Positions 25,199 to 38,139 of a DNA stretch of 64,000 nucleotides are shown piece after piece. Both the position numbers and the translations under genes were made by a program. Under the pieces are notes generated by a model. The model saw only the letters and a program-made list of their open reading frames with translations. It was not told the origin of the DNA and ran no database searches. Positions within the stretch are counted from its first letter, which is position 1. Every line of letters starts with the position of its first letter. Location: assembly GCA_951406725.2 (NCBI GenBank), contig OX597819.1, forward strand, positions 101,184,001 to 101,248,000, written 5' to 3'. Source of the stretch: Octopus vulgaris. Lineage: Eukaryota.

Positions 25199-25860
25199 AC
25201 GTCGCACAGTATACAATATCGTGAAATTGTTGATTGAAGATTTTGTGTTTACCGGGAGTTTGTACTGACAGTACTTTACGGAATATGCGTAAAGCCGACT
25301 TTTGCAATACACTTAGATTCTAGGGTATTTCTAAAATTTCCAGATGTTTTTTTCAGATGGAGTGCTATTGAAACCAATGCTCCGGTGTTGCTGCCATATC
25401 TTAGCGATCCCAATTCTCAGGTCTTTATATTTATCAGCCTTTCGCTCTCTTTCATCATATGTTTATCTCCTGGCAAATAATTTATTAGGCACTCTTGTTT
25501 GACCCTCGTAAAGGTTAATATATTCGACCTTCGGTGCTCTAATACCCTGTCTGTCTGGAAGTTTAAGTCTCAGAGGTTTTTACCTCCCCTTTTTTGTCCA
25601 TTACCTTTCCCGTTGTATGTTGGGACCAAGCGCCCGGAACCTCATATCCATACGTACGGCATAGTAGCCAGAGGTTGTTTTGGGCTAACATGTCGTGTCT
25701 GCACAAAAGTTTCACAAGAACTAACAAGTCTTTCAGAAGCAATAAAATTCTCCAAAAGTGGAGAATTCTACCTAGGGGCCATCATGGAATCCCAAACATA
25801 CTGATGTCTCCACCAGCTACAGACATCTCATGCTGGCATGTCTTTCTTCCACAAATCTCC
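25198..25860 (-). mobile_element. R4/Dong-type 3' fragment (family 2), degenerate
   Basis: Minus-strand remnants RHDMLAQ..LWLLCRTYG, FQTDRVLEHRR, KESEKADKYKDLRIGIAKIWQ, VLQKSAL..RKVLSV; tail abuts (TTA)n. Confidence 0.75.
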
Positions 25861-25912
25861 CGTCTTAGAGGAGTATGCTCAGAGTAGGTTCGGTCACCCA
25901 AATTTTAGTGAG

Positions 25913-26087
25913 AAGCTTGGTTGAAGGCCGAAACATCCAAGTTCTTTCACAGGTCTTTGACAGCCTGAAGGACCACTGCAATCAGTTTGTGAATCTGAGA
26001 AGGGAATATGTTGAATAAAATCATAATTAACTGATTTTCCTGTATTTTCTTTTACCGAAAACCAGGAACTTTTCAGCACCATTCTCG
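25913..26087 (+). mobile_element. Partial mariner-derived MITE (right TIR retained)
   Basis: Matches 51495-51654; gtgaatctgaga.ggg.aatatgttga.taaaatcataatt block and TIR ccaggaacttttcagcacc..ctcg. Confidence 0.75.
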
Positions 26088-26953
26088 TGTATATATTTAC
26101 GTGTGTGTGTCTGTGTGTATTTGTATGCGTGTGTGTGTGTCTGTGAGAGAGAGAGAGAGAGAGAGAGTGTGTGAGTTAGTGTGTATGTGAGCGTGTATGT
26201 GCGTACCTGTATGCAGGCACATTGGTGTGCATGTGTGTGCGTGCGCGTGTGTGTGACTGTGTGTGTCACTGTAGTCTCATCATTATATTTACACGCCACC
26301 AAACTACGGTAATGTCAGACATTGAATATATACATTACACTCAATGTTCGTCTGTATGCTAGAACTCAATTTTCTGGGCACCAATTTACTTGATGCCAAC
26401 TAATGTGGCAACCATTTTCTAAGGTTGCAAGGAATATTTTTCACTCTCCTTTCACTAACACAAGAAGCCATAGTCAGAATATTTGCTTCATTTGTTTAGT
26501 TTTCATTTGTTTTGTATTTCAAGGAACGGTCGCTCATTTTTACCAGGGAGATTTTTGTTTTGACATTTGTTTTTTTTTTTTTTCATTTATACTATTTTTT
26601 TGCCTTTTTCTTGTTGATAATTGTACCTTCTTTTTTCGTTCAGATTTCACGTTGTTTCATTGATATTTTTTCCCCGTTATATCTTCATTTCTTTTTCTCT
26701 ATTTTTGTTGATTTTTGCTGTGGATTTGTTTAAGTATTTTTTCTCCCATTTTATTTCTTTGGTTCATTTCAGCCAGTTTGAGAGTCAAAATGAATTTGGT
26801 GCAACACACACAAACTTATATTCATACACGGACATGCATCTACGGTAAAGAACACATCGATAAATAAACACACATGCACACATATACTAAACCCATTAAC
26901 GTTTTCAATGAAATGCATGTATGTACACCTCTTTTTTAATTGCTGCACAGAAG

Positions 26954-26986
<33 letters not shown>

Positions 26987-27087
26987 TATATATAACTGTA
27001 TATATATATGTGTGTGTGTATGTATATGCATACCTACATATATATAAATATGATTATATATATATGTATATGTATATGCATACCTAC

Positions 27088-27148
<61 letters not shown>

Positions 27149-27539
27149 AACATACATATGTGTGTATCTATATATCTTTAATTATATAAGTGTGTGTGTG
27201 TGTGTGTGTGTTGCGTGTGTGTATATACGCATATGAAAGCCTTGTATACAGTCGATTTACATAAATATTATTTGCGATGTCTAACCACTGTTTCCTTCGT
27301 TACGAATTACCCTACCCTTGTTCACTGTTTAGTATAATTGCTCATTTGTTAAATAGTATGCTGTGACCTATGGGATAATTCCTTAACTCGATGTTGTTTC
27401 GTACCTAAGTATATCATTCCGTTAACGGCATGAGAAAGTGTACAACTTATGCTGGAAGAAATCTATATCAGTTTATCTCTCTAATACCATTCATTATTCT
27501 GCAGCTTAGTGATTAGATATTCCTCCCAATATACATACC

Positions 27540-27885
27540 ACATCATTGATCTTGATTATTCAGACCACCTTAAAACATTACAATTTTATTCACCCCACGT
27601 CGACCGTGAACAGTGCATCATCTGCACAATGCGAATCATATGCTATGAGCATTGCTCAAATGACTTTAACATCAGATTCAGAATTTATCCAAGGATGGAA
27701 ACCCGGGTTATAGTCCTCTTAAACATTTCAGTTCACATCACAGAACCGCATTGCATTACAATTACGTTTCCGCCACAGACTTTGCTCTGTTTAACGTTAT
27801 TTCGAAACAGATCAAAGAAGAAATATATCCCACCACCTTCAAACGATATCTGGATAAATTTCTTTCAGGGATACCACACAAGAAA
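27540..27885 (+). pseudogene. Old relic of the CR1-like LINE C-terminus
   Basis: LDYSDHLKTLQFYS..DREQCIICTM..EHCSNDFNIRFRIYPR and ALFNVISKQIKEE..FKRYLDKFLSGIP align to the C-terminus of ORF 48625-51282; one frameshift. Confidence 0.8.
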
Positions 27886-28992
27886 CGTATAGCTGAAAAC
27901 ATCTCTGGAAAGCGTCTGGCACCATCAAGTTAAATATATCCAAGACTCACCGTTGTTCACAATGACGTCCCTATGATTCTCTCAGGTGCTGAGAAGAGAA
28001 GGAAGGACATTTGGTAATTTACTACACTTCCAAATGGATTTTTAGAAGAAGAGTTTAGAGAACTGCGTATGATATTACATTGCCATCTAGTAAATTTTGT
28101 GTTCAAGGTCTAAGAATTACATACCACTGTTATCATTGATTTGTTCCGGTAGTTTTTAATGTTTCTATTTTCATTGTTGCTTTTCGTTCTTTAGACCAAG
28201 TCACTCCAGATTGAGTCAATCTTTAATCGATGCTTGACTGTCATAGAAAGTTTGGCATTCCTGCATGCATATTTTACATAATGTCTATCTCACAATGTAT
28301 CATTCCTTTATATTAATAAAACAAGCTATATTTTCATGGAGACTTTTTTTTTGGCGTTATTGCTGATTATTTATCCAAGAGAAAACTCCTTCTTTATCTT
28401 CAACTCGCAGCGGAATATATAGCTGGGCTCGGTAAGGTGCTGTCTTACTAAAACTGACTTTCTTAATAACCTCATACTCAGAAAAATATCAGCTGGAATA
28501 AAATATTGAATTTCTGCTCTTGAGAGTAGTTGTGTTGGTGTCATTTCTAGTATATATTTCCAGACAAATTAGACCTTTTCAATTCAGTACATTATTTTCA
28601 TTTGCATTCTACATATAATATGACCTCTAAAAGTTTAATTGCATTTTTTAAATAGTGTCACTACGGTTTCACGTATCATCAGTACATGAGTATATGTCCT
28701 TTCCATTAAAATGCCATTATGTTCGATGTATTCTGATCCCCTTATTTTCACGTGTTTATCCATATAGTGTGTAAAATCTTGTAGTCTAAATACTATTCCT
28801 TACAGTGTGGTGTTGCAATATCTTTCCCTACCCTGCCTAATAATTTTCTTCTATTTCTTAATATCTACATGGCATTGCATATCATCACACCAATCTATCG
28901 ATATATAGATATGAGATGCAAACTATCTATTTGATTTAAATTCGGTATACTCCCCGTATTTACATATCCTCTCTCTCCCTTCTCGCCTCCCC

Positions 28993-29031
<39 letters not shown>

Positions 29032-29689
29032 AGAGGGCAATCTTTGAGCAGACCGACAAACTTCGACATAAACAACATTAGTACCAACTTGACACACCAT
29101 ATTGAGTTCTATATCAAATGTTGAATTTTTGCATGTACCTCCTCACACACACACTCAGAGATAGCCTTAACTGTGGTGATTACGGTGATGTAAAAACTTC
29201 CTATCGCTATCTTAAGTAAGCATTACAATAATTTCACCACACTTCATTCTATGCACCAAGTCTTCTAAACATATAGCTTTAGACCTTTGTACGTTGTGTA
29301 TATATTTCCCGGATTATTGTGAAGCATACTTGCTTACATATAATGCATTCATACATACATACATGCATGTATAAATATGGTGGTGGTGGTGGTGGTGGAG
29401 ATGATGAAGATGATGATGAAGATGATGGCGATGATGACGATGATGATGATGATGATGATGATGACGATGATGATGATGATGATGATGACATAAAGACATT
29501 TTGTTCTCAGTAAATATTACATTAATTTCACATCACCTCAATCGCCACCAAAGCTTTCTAAATGTACAGTTGTAGACCTACCTACGTTATATACACGTAT
29601 ACATACTTCATGTATTCTCTAACTACAATGATACATACATATATATATACATATATATATATATACACAGTGTGTGTGGTATGTATATT

Positions 29690-29737
<48 letters not shown>

Positions 29738-30552
29738 TGTATGTATGGCCCGCACACACGCGTAGACACATGTATGCATGTATATATACACACAAAGACG
29801 CGTGCACCCACACCGTGTGTACGCACACACACAAGCACATACTCAATACCAACACGCACAGGACGCATATACACGCATGCCACACGGATACACCCAACAG
29901 ACATGGACACACATGCGAACAAACACATACACACTAACGCACACGCAACACACTAATAAACATTAACCACACACATACACACACACAAACGGGCACACAT
30001 ATGCACACACCACCCTACCCCAAAAAATTCTTTAAATAACACACATCTATTTACACCACCCTGGAACCAATCAAAAACAGCGCCCACACACACACAAACA
30101 CATATATACATATATATGCACACACACAAGGACACACACACTCACACCAATCTCACCTCCATACAGACACACATATACACACGCAGCACCATGCCAAATG
30201 CCATCCACACACATACATACACACACACACACACAACACCAAGACAACCACACACGCGGTTGACAAACGGACACACCATCCTACCAGATCTTACAGACAC
30301 ACAGACACATCTATTCACACCACATATGCTTGTATGCACGAACACACACAAAGACACACACACTCACCCCATCCTGACCCCAAAATCATTGATGCTTGAA
30401 GGAAAGATAAAAAAGAAAAAGGGTACATTCTTTTCAGTTCGACATTTCTCCTCCTAAAACGGACAGGTCAGTTTTAGCTTCACCACTATTATAATGTAAA
30501 TTTTTTTTGAACTCATAATATTCTGTACGTGTATACTGAACTTTTTTTTTTA

Positions 30553-31070
30553 AATTCCTCCTGGAAATTATCTTGAGATGTATAATATATTTGTTGTAAT
30601 CTTTTGTGCCCATTATTTCAATGAGCTTGTTAAACTTTTTTTATATTCTCAATATGCTCTTGTCACCAAAGAATGTATATTTATATGGATTATAGTACTC
30701 TGTGTCAACCAATATTCTGTGCATGTTTGAATATACTGATACAATATCAATATCAATTCCTTCTGGAAACTATCTTAAGCATGTCCTTGAGAACGATTAT
30801 TTATGTAGTAATCTTTTGTGCCCAATATTTTAAGGAACTTGAACTTTGTTATGTCCTTAGCATGTCCCTGTTACCAAAGACTGTATATATGTAAGGTAGC
30901 AATTTGCAACAACCAATAATTAACGCAACCAAACTTCTACATGTTACTTTTGACAATCTTTTTCCAAAGAGTAAAACCGGTAAATTAAATAAACATATTT
31001 TAAATTGCATTTTCAATCCTTCTTTCGTATATAATTCCACTCGTGCGGTACCCCACAACTCCACTTTGTT
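30553..31070. mobile_element. Second member of the 20011-20485 family: single arm plus internal ~200-bp tandem duplication
   Basis: 30850-31070 is the reverse complement of 20011-20230 including the terminus ccactcgtgcggtacc..cactttgtt; units start aattcc at 30553 and 30755. Confidence 0.75.
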
Positions 31071-32346
31071 ATATATATAAATATATATATATATATATGG
31101 ATGGACGGTTGGATGGATATATATATACATGCAATCATATATACGACTATGTACAAGAAGTGACAGCATGCTTACGTGATAAATATATTTCTTCAATACT
31201 CAAGCATTTGATACAAATACACGCACCTTGACTTTTACCTACACACGTACAATCATATGCAGGCATTGTAATACTCACAAATGCGTTGAAACCGATAAGA
31301 CATGCTTTCCTATCTACGATCGCACAATAACAATAAAAAGGGAATCGCCACAAACGTATCAGAGAAGAGAGCTTCCAAATCTGTTTTCGAAGAGATAACC
31401 ATACGAAAAAGGTGAGAATAATACAAGCGACGGCGATGGTAGTGGTGGTGGTGAATGTGGTAGTGGTGGTGGAAGTGGTGGTGTTGGTGGTGGTTGTGGC
31501 AATGGTTGTGGTGATGGTGGTGGTTGTGGTGGTGGTTGTGGTGGCGGTGGTGTTGTGATGGCTTTGGTGTGTTGATGTTGAGGATGTCGTGGTTGGTGGT
31601 ATGGCGATAGTAATTTCGTTGATTTGGAGGAAAATCAGGTTGCTGCAACTTAAGAAACAATTATCTCAGACATTCTAATTCCGCGATCAAAGGAAATAAC
31701 GATTTTAACAAGATATTGGTTCCACTAGATTCCTTTAGAGATTTAGATATATAAATAAAATAACGCTTAATTAAGGTGCTAATGATAGTGATGCTGATGT
31801 GCGGTGTTGGTGACTCTCATGCTGGGGTACATGATAAATGTAAAAATACATGCAATATAAAGGGAACATGTGTTTATGCATACGTGTGCATAAGTGTGAA
31901 TATTTACGTATTTATATCATAAATCTGCCTATGTACTACTATATGTGATATATAATAATTCGTAGATAAAAGTGAATTGAAGTTCGATTTGCGTTATAGA
32001 GATTATAAGAAAAAACACATGAAAGGCCGTATGGAGTCATACCGAGATTGGAAACTAGAAAAACATCGTATTTCACAAAAGTTCAAGTGTTTCTTAGTGC
32101 GTAGAAATTATAACACAATTTACTGAGCTGTCAGTATTGAGTCTCTCCTACCCTAAATATCTCGTATGTATCATTCATAAATTAACTTCACATCATATAT
32201 CAATAAACACATACACTAGCATATGCAAAAAGATATAGACAAACACCACAGAATCACACAGATATTAATAAAGCAATTAGCACAAAAACAACATGACATG
32301 ATTTAACAGATTTCGTATTATTTCTATGATAAACGACAAGCGAATG

Positions 32347-32386
32347 GCTCTCGACGGTTCGGACGCTAGTCCTTCATCAGTATAAC
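32347..32386 (-). ncRNA. Degenerate minimal type-I hammerhead ribozyme motif (Penelope-like)
   Basis: Minus strand CUGAUGA-A-GGAC-uagc-GUCC-GAAC-CGUC: intact CUGANGA, 4-bp helix II, one change in GAAA; helix I only partly paired. Confidence 0.6.
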
Positions 32387-32512
32387 ACAAAGGTGGTTGG
32401 AAAATATATATGTGCGTGTGTATGTTTGTGAGTGTGTGTGTGTGTATGTGAGTGTGTGTATGTGTATCTCTCTCCGCCCCCTATGTAAATATATACATTT
32501 ATGTATATGTAC

Positions 32513-32566
<54 letters not shown>

Positions 32567-32615
32567 GTATGCATATATATATATATATGTATATGTGTAT
32601 GTATATATGTATATG

Positions 32616-32820
32616 TGACCCCGTGAGCACCGCCAGCAATTTTTTTTCCTCTGTCTTTCCTTCTCGGGATCTTTCCGTGTCCTTTGTTTCCGACGCAGAG
32701 CTCCGCTCGAAAAGTTAAACCCTTCTACTTCCCTTCTTTCCTGAGCGTCCAATAATAATTTATTTGTTCCACGTCCTCGCGTTGCTGTGTTTATTTTGTT
32801 TTCTTGTTTGGATTAACTTT
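32616..32820 (+). mobile_element. Putative Penelope-like terminal fragment with decayed hammerhead at 32686-32720
   Basis: GUUU-CCGACGC-A-GAGC-ucc-GCUC-GAAAAGU-U-AAAC: helices I and II pair, about three changes in core/helix III; flanked by (TA)n. Confidence 0.5.
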
Positions 32821-32866
32821 ATATATATATATATATATATATACATATATGCAAGCATGCATATAA

Positions 32867-33147
32867 AGTTAAATCAATATGGAATTCATGAGGAAATAAG
32901 CTTCACGTTACAGAATTCCACATTACGTTAACACATATATGATATAAATACCATATGTGTGTTTGTACGCTTTTATAATACATTCGGGTGAGTGGCTCCC
33001 TGTTCTAGCAATCTGTAGAATATTTAACCAATATACAAACAGACATCTCACGCATTGCTAAAACGTTGAATTTCATAAAACTTTAACGTAATGTGGAATT
33101 CTGAACCGTGAAGCTTAGTTCCTCATGAATTCCATATTCATTTAACT
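32867..33147. repeat. Fold-back: 65-bp inverted arms (32867-32931 / 33083-33147), 151-bp spacer
   Basis: Arms reverse-complementary with 4 mismatches. Confidence 0.9.
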
Positions 33148-34031
33148 CCACGTAGTATAGAAATTCCGTAAACGAAAGGATGGTGTTAATTCCATCCATT
33201 TATTCATCTGTAGTTAATAATTCACTCCGTCACTAATCCGAATTTCTCGTTTGTGTGAGTTTAGACAAGCAACAAAAATGTGACGGATCTACTTAGGATT
33301 TGTCTGGTGGGCAGTGTCCTCATAATTGTCATTTTCGGCTTTGGTTCTATAACATTTATATGGAAACGAGAGAGCGACTAATCGTGACCAGTGTTGGCTC
33401 AGAGGCTATTTAAATGGGTGTGCATATTTCTGTGAAAATAGTTCATTTTTTTATCTCTTATAAATGTTGTGTTGAATATCGATGCTTCCAAGAAAATTAC
33501 TGTCGTACCGATATATTACTTATGATTTAATAAACTTCGTCATTCCACTAACTAACAGACGAAACATAATTTGCTGACTCCATTGAATTATGTACTCTAT
33601 TGGTCAGTATATACAGCCTTACCAACCTCAACCACAGGAAAGCAAGACATTGTCATCTCTACAATTTAAGGAATGATTTGATAAAGATTTTAAATATATT
33701 TTGCCTATGCTCCTATACAGAAACCTCATTTGATACTGTCTTCACTGCGACTAACTTTTCTTCTACATAACAAATGAAGTTTCGCTTCCTATGACATCTT
33801 TATCGTAGGGAATTAAAAGAATGAGTTCATGAAATAGCTTTCTACTCCTGTCACACTAACCCACATGAAAGTGTTAAAATGAAATAAAACCAAATAGCCT
33901 GCTGGCTTCAGAATGACTTATTCATTAAACACGTATACATGAAGTAAGCATTCAGTAACATACCTGCTCATGTAACTAGCTTCAGTATTAACCCCGAATA
34001 GCTTTATAGCCTTCACTGTACGCAATATACT

Positions 34032-34257
34032 GAGCTGGCAGAACCGTTAACATGCCGGCCGAAATGCGTAGCCGTATTTCGTCTGCCGCTACGTTCTGAG
34101 TTCAAATTCCGTCGAGGTCGACTTTGCCTTTCATCCCTTCGGGGTCGATAAACTAAGTACCAGTTACGCACTGGGGTCGATATAATCGACTTAATTCGTT
34201 TGTCTGTCCTTGTTTGTCCCCTCTGTGTTTAGCCCCTTGTGGGTAATGAAGAAACAA
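34032..34257 (+). mobile_element. SINE family B, near full length
   Basis: A-box-like tggcagaaccgtt, B box gagttcaaattcc, core ggtcgactttgcctttcatcc; reverse complement of 6161-6387. Confidence 0.88.
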
Positions 34258-34677
34258 ATACTTTGATCTATAGTTTACGCGTGATACTTATAATCAATCA
34301 CCTGTTCTTTTAGTAAACGTCTTTGGGCTACAAGACAAAATCTCAGCTTGTCATTTCCTGCTAACTTTATAATCACTGACTTGAATTTTATTTTTATTTT
34401 AATTCCTGTTTTCAATATAAATCTGTCTGCACTCAATTGAGGATTTATCTCAATGAATACACGAGAGGTAATATTAGTTATGCTACATCAGCGTCAATAC
34501 TATTCTGAATGGGATCATACACATACAAACGCACACTCGTTCAAGAAAGGGAATCGTTTTGTACCAAAATAAGTTAAGGCCTCTCACTACACAATTAAGG
34601 GGCATATTTCCATATGGATAAGTCTTTCAACCATTAAGTCCTCCTCCTCCTCCTTTTTCTTCTTCTTCTTCATCATC

Positions 34678-34754
<77 letters not shown>

Positions 34755-34757
<3 letters not shown>

Positions 34758-36143
34758 TAGTTTTATTTTTATAGCGTGCTTTCACTTCACTACCGAGCGC
34801 AGCTCTGTGTGCCTTGGGTATGTGCTGTGATTTGTTGTGATGCTCTGATGGTTATTGTATGGAAAGTGTTCTGCGTAGGATGTGTGCAGTGCCTAGTAGT
34901 GCAATTTTCTGTATGTTATATGTGTTTGTAAGTCCTGGTGTTTTTGTTATGTATTTGTCTGAATATTTTTTATCATGCCTAATGCACCTACTATGATAGG
35001 AATTGTTTCTGTTTTTAGATTCCACATTCTAGTTACCTCTATTTCCAGGTCTTTGTATTTTGAGAGTTTCTCCATTTCTTTTAGAGACACGTTGTCATCA
35101 GCCGGTATTGATACATCAATTAGAAAGCATTTTTTTCTTCGTGATCTCTGACAACTATATCTGGTCTGTTGGCCTTAATTTCTCTATCTGTGTGTATCGG
35201 CATATCCCAGAGTATGGTTGCTTTCTCGTTTTCTGTGACCTTTTCTGGTGTGTGCCTATACCATCTTTTTTCTGTTGTTATTCCATAATGTTGGCATAGC
35301 TTCCAATGTATGTAGGATCCAACTCTGTCATGTCTGTGAATATAATCCTTCTTAGCCAGGACTGGGCAGCTAGAGATAATATGATTTATTGTTTCTTGTC
35401 CATCTCCACATATTCTGCAGTTACTTGTAATATTTCTTTTCATTACATGTTTTTGGTAATTTCTGGTGGGGAGGCTTTGGTCTCGTGCTGCAATTAAAAA
35501 TCCCTCTGTTTCTGCTTTGAGTCCTGAGCTTCTCAACCATTGCTGGGATTTTTCTTTGTCTATTTTTTTGCGTTTAGTTTAGTCCAGTATTTACCATGAA
35601 GGGGCTTTTCTTGCCATCGTTTTATCATGGTTCGTTGCTGTTCTATTTTTAGTTTGGATTTCATTTGTTTTATAGCTTTTGTTGTTTCTTCATCTTCTTC
35701 TTTTTCTTCTTCATGTTTATTAGGTGGTATGATTTCTTGTTTGTATTTGTCAGCTTCCTTAAATACTGAGAACAGTTTTTTGTTTTGCTCGTGTTTTGCC
35801 GCTATCTGGATCAGTTTTCCTTCCTTCTGAAGTAGATATTTTTGCAGTCCTATGGTGGTTATTTTATAGTAGTTTTCCAGCTGTATAAGGCCTCTACCAC
35901 CTTATATACGTTGTATATATAGTCTTTCTATGTCAGATTTTGGGTGATGCATCCTAGATCCTGTCATTATTTTTCTTGTTTTCCTATCTATTTTGGTCAG
36001 TTCATTTCGTGTCCAGTTAAGGATATTGTAGCTGTAACTTATAACTGGGACAGCTAAAGTGTTGATACCTATTATCTTGTTTTTAGCATTGAGCTCTGTG
36101 TTTAGTATTGATCTAACTCGTCTATAATATTCTTTTTTTATTC
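34755..36143 (-). mobile_element. R4/Dong-clade element (family 3), 5'-truncated and young: RT thumb, zinc knuckle, RLE, 3'UTR
   Basis: EYYRRVRSILNTELNAKNKI..INTLAVPV..YS; GGRGL; CRICGDGQETINHIISSC; HRHDRV..IHWKLC; ILWD..RPDIV; QKIALLGTAHILRRTL*; (TTA)n flanks. Confidence 0.92.
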
Positions 36144-36166
36144 TTTTATTATTATTATTATATATC

Positions 36167-36237
<71 letters not shown>

Positions 36238-36239
36238 CA

Positions 36240-36307
<68 letters not shown>

Positions 36308-36319
36308 ATTATTATTATT

Positions 36320-37857
36320 GCCTGTGCACAGTTTCTAACGCTGGAGATGTACAACGTTGTCAGCTGTTCACTACCAGTGAACTAAGGTAACACCTCTTAT
36401 TTTCGTGCAACATCCGGAGTATTCATACGGTTCCAAGCAGGGCTGTTTTAGGCAAGTGCTCCACCCTTATTGCAGCCCCTATTTGTTCCATGTATTTCTC
36501 AAGATTTTTACTCACTGTTCCCAGGGCTCCGAGAATTATTGGTACCACTACAAACTTTTTTAGCGAGAACAACTGATTAACTTCTCAAGCTAACCTGTTA
36601 TATCTATCCACTTTTCTTTCTTCCTTATTACATACCTTGTTTTCAGTTGGGTATGCTATATCTATGATCCAGCATCGTTTGCTTTCTTTCTCAACTAACA
36701 CTATGTCCGGTTTCCTATTCTTCATCTCATGGTCGCACTGAATCATAAAACCCCATAGGATCTTTCCATTATCATTTTCGATGATGCCATCGGGTTTATG
36801 TTTGTACCCACTTTTTTGATCTATCAAATCCATACTCGTTGAAAAATGTCCTTGCTATATTGTCATGACATCTCTTATATTCTTTCTGGACTAGTAGCGT
36901 ACATTGACTGGTTATATGCCATACGGTTTCACCATTTTGTTCACGAATTCTGCACTTACTACTTATTGGTGAGTTGCCTGTTCTGTATTTGATGTAATTG
37001 GTTCTTAATGCTTGCTCTTAGGCAGCACAGATTAGAGACTACGTTTTCGGTTTTAAATCACTTTTAACCATCCATAGCCATCCTCTTTGTCTGTTTTATC
37101 ATAAACATCCCTATGAAATTGTCCATTAATTCTTTTCTTTATCCACCTAATTTAAGTTTCATTCATTTTCAAATGATTGTACAGTACTTTATATTTGCTA
37201 TCTTCCGTCCTACATAAGCCTAACCTTTTTAATTCCATCAGTAGCGGTCTGTGGCATTTTTTACATACCATGCTATGCTGTTTTCTTCTATTCTAATGCT
37301 CTGTTTGCATCCAATCAGTCCATTCCTCCCTCTTTTTCTTAGTCTGTCTGTGTCACGTTTTGGATGGAGTATCCTATATCTAGTGGAGTATCCCATATCT
37401 TCCTTGTCTTTCTGTCTAAACTGTTTCGTTCGTCTACTGTCCATACAATTACTCCTACTCTATATCTAAGGAGTGAAACTGCCCAGATGTTGATAGCGTC
37501 AATCTTATTCCGTCCGTTTAATTTCGACTTAAGTGTCTGTCTCAGTCTTCGCAAGAACTCCACCGTATAGTTTTCTCTCATTTCTTTCTCCATCAATTTA
37601 TCCCTTTCGAAAATCCTCAAGTACTTATAACCCTGTCTCTTCTATTTGTTTCATAACTTCTCCCTACGCTAGCCGTTCATGCATTTGATTTTGCCTCTCT
37701 TCAAGACTAACCCACAACACTTTCTCAGTCCGAAATCCATTCTGATATCAGCACTGAAAGTATAGACCGTATAAACGAGGGAACTGACTTGGGATGAACC
37801 TTTACCATAGAGTTTCAGATTATCCACGAATATCACTTTTTGTTGGCGGATCTTGAA
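36320..37857 (-). mobile_element. R4/Dong family 1, longer degenerate fragment reaching the RT palm
   Basis: FVDNLKLYG (FMDDLKLY-like), MDFGLRKC, KSKLNGRNKIDAINIWAVS, KILWGFMIQCDH..RKPDIV; 3'UTR matches 21942-22020. Confidence 0.88.
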
Positions 37858-38139
37858 GATAAATTAACTACCAGTTACGTACTGGGGTCGATGTAATCGA
37901 CTTAATCCGTTTGTCTGTCCTTGTTAGTCCCTTCTCTGTTTAGCCCCTTGTGGGTAGTAAAGAAATAGGTATTTCGTCTGCCGTTACGCTCTGAGTTCAA
38001 ATTCCGCCGAGGTCGACTTTGCCTTTCGTCTTTTCGGTGTCGATAAATTAAATGACAATCACTCACTGGGGTCGATGTAATCAATTTAATAGCTTGTTGT
38101 CCCCTTTATGTGTAACCCCATGTGGGCAATAAAGAAATA
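37858..38139 (+). mobile_element. Head-to-tail pair of 5'-truncated SINE-B units
   Basis: Unit 1 37858-37967 (3' half); unit 2 37968-38139 starts at internal gtatttcgtctgcc; both end aaagaaata. Confidence 0.85.

Noticed and set aside
27509-27933. Two ORFs as a host gene
   Set aside because: They align to the C-terminus of the CR1-like LINE ORF2, so they are a transposon relic.
28090-28930. Possible decayed LINE coding sequence (also 33440-34010 and 44060-44220)
   Set aside because: Composition is suggestive but I could not read ordered diagnostic motifs; needs a frameshift-aware profile search.
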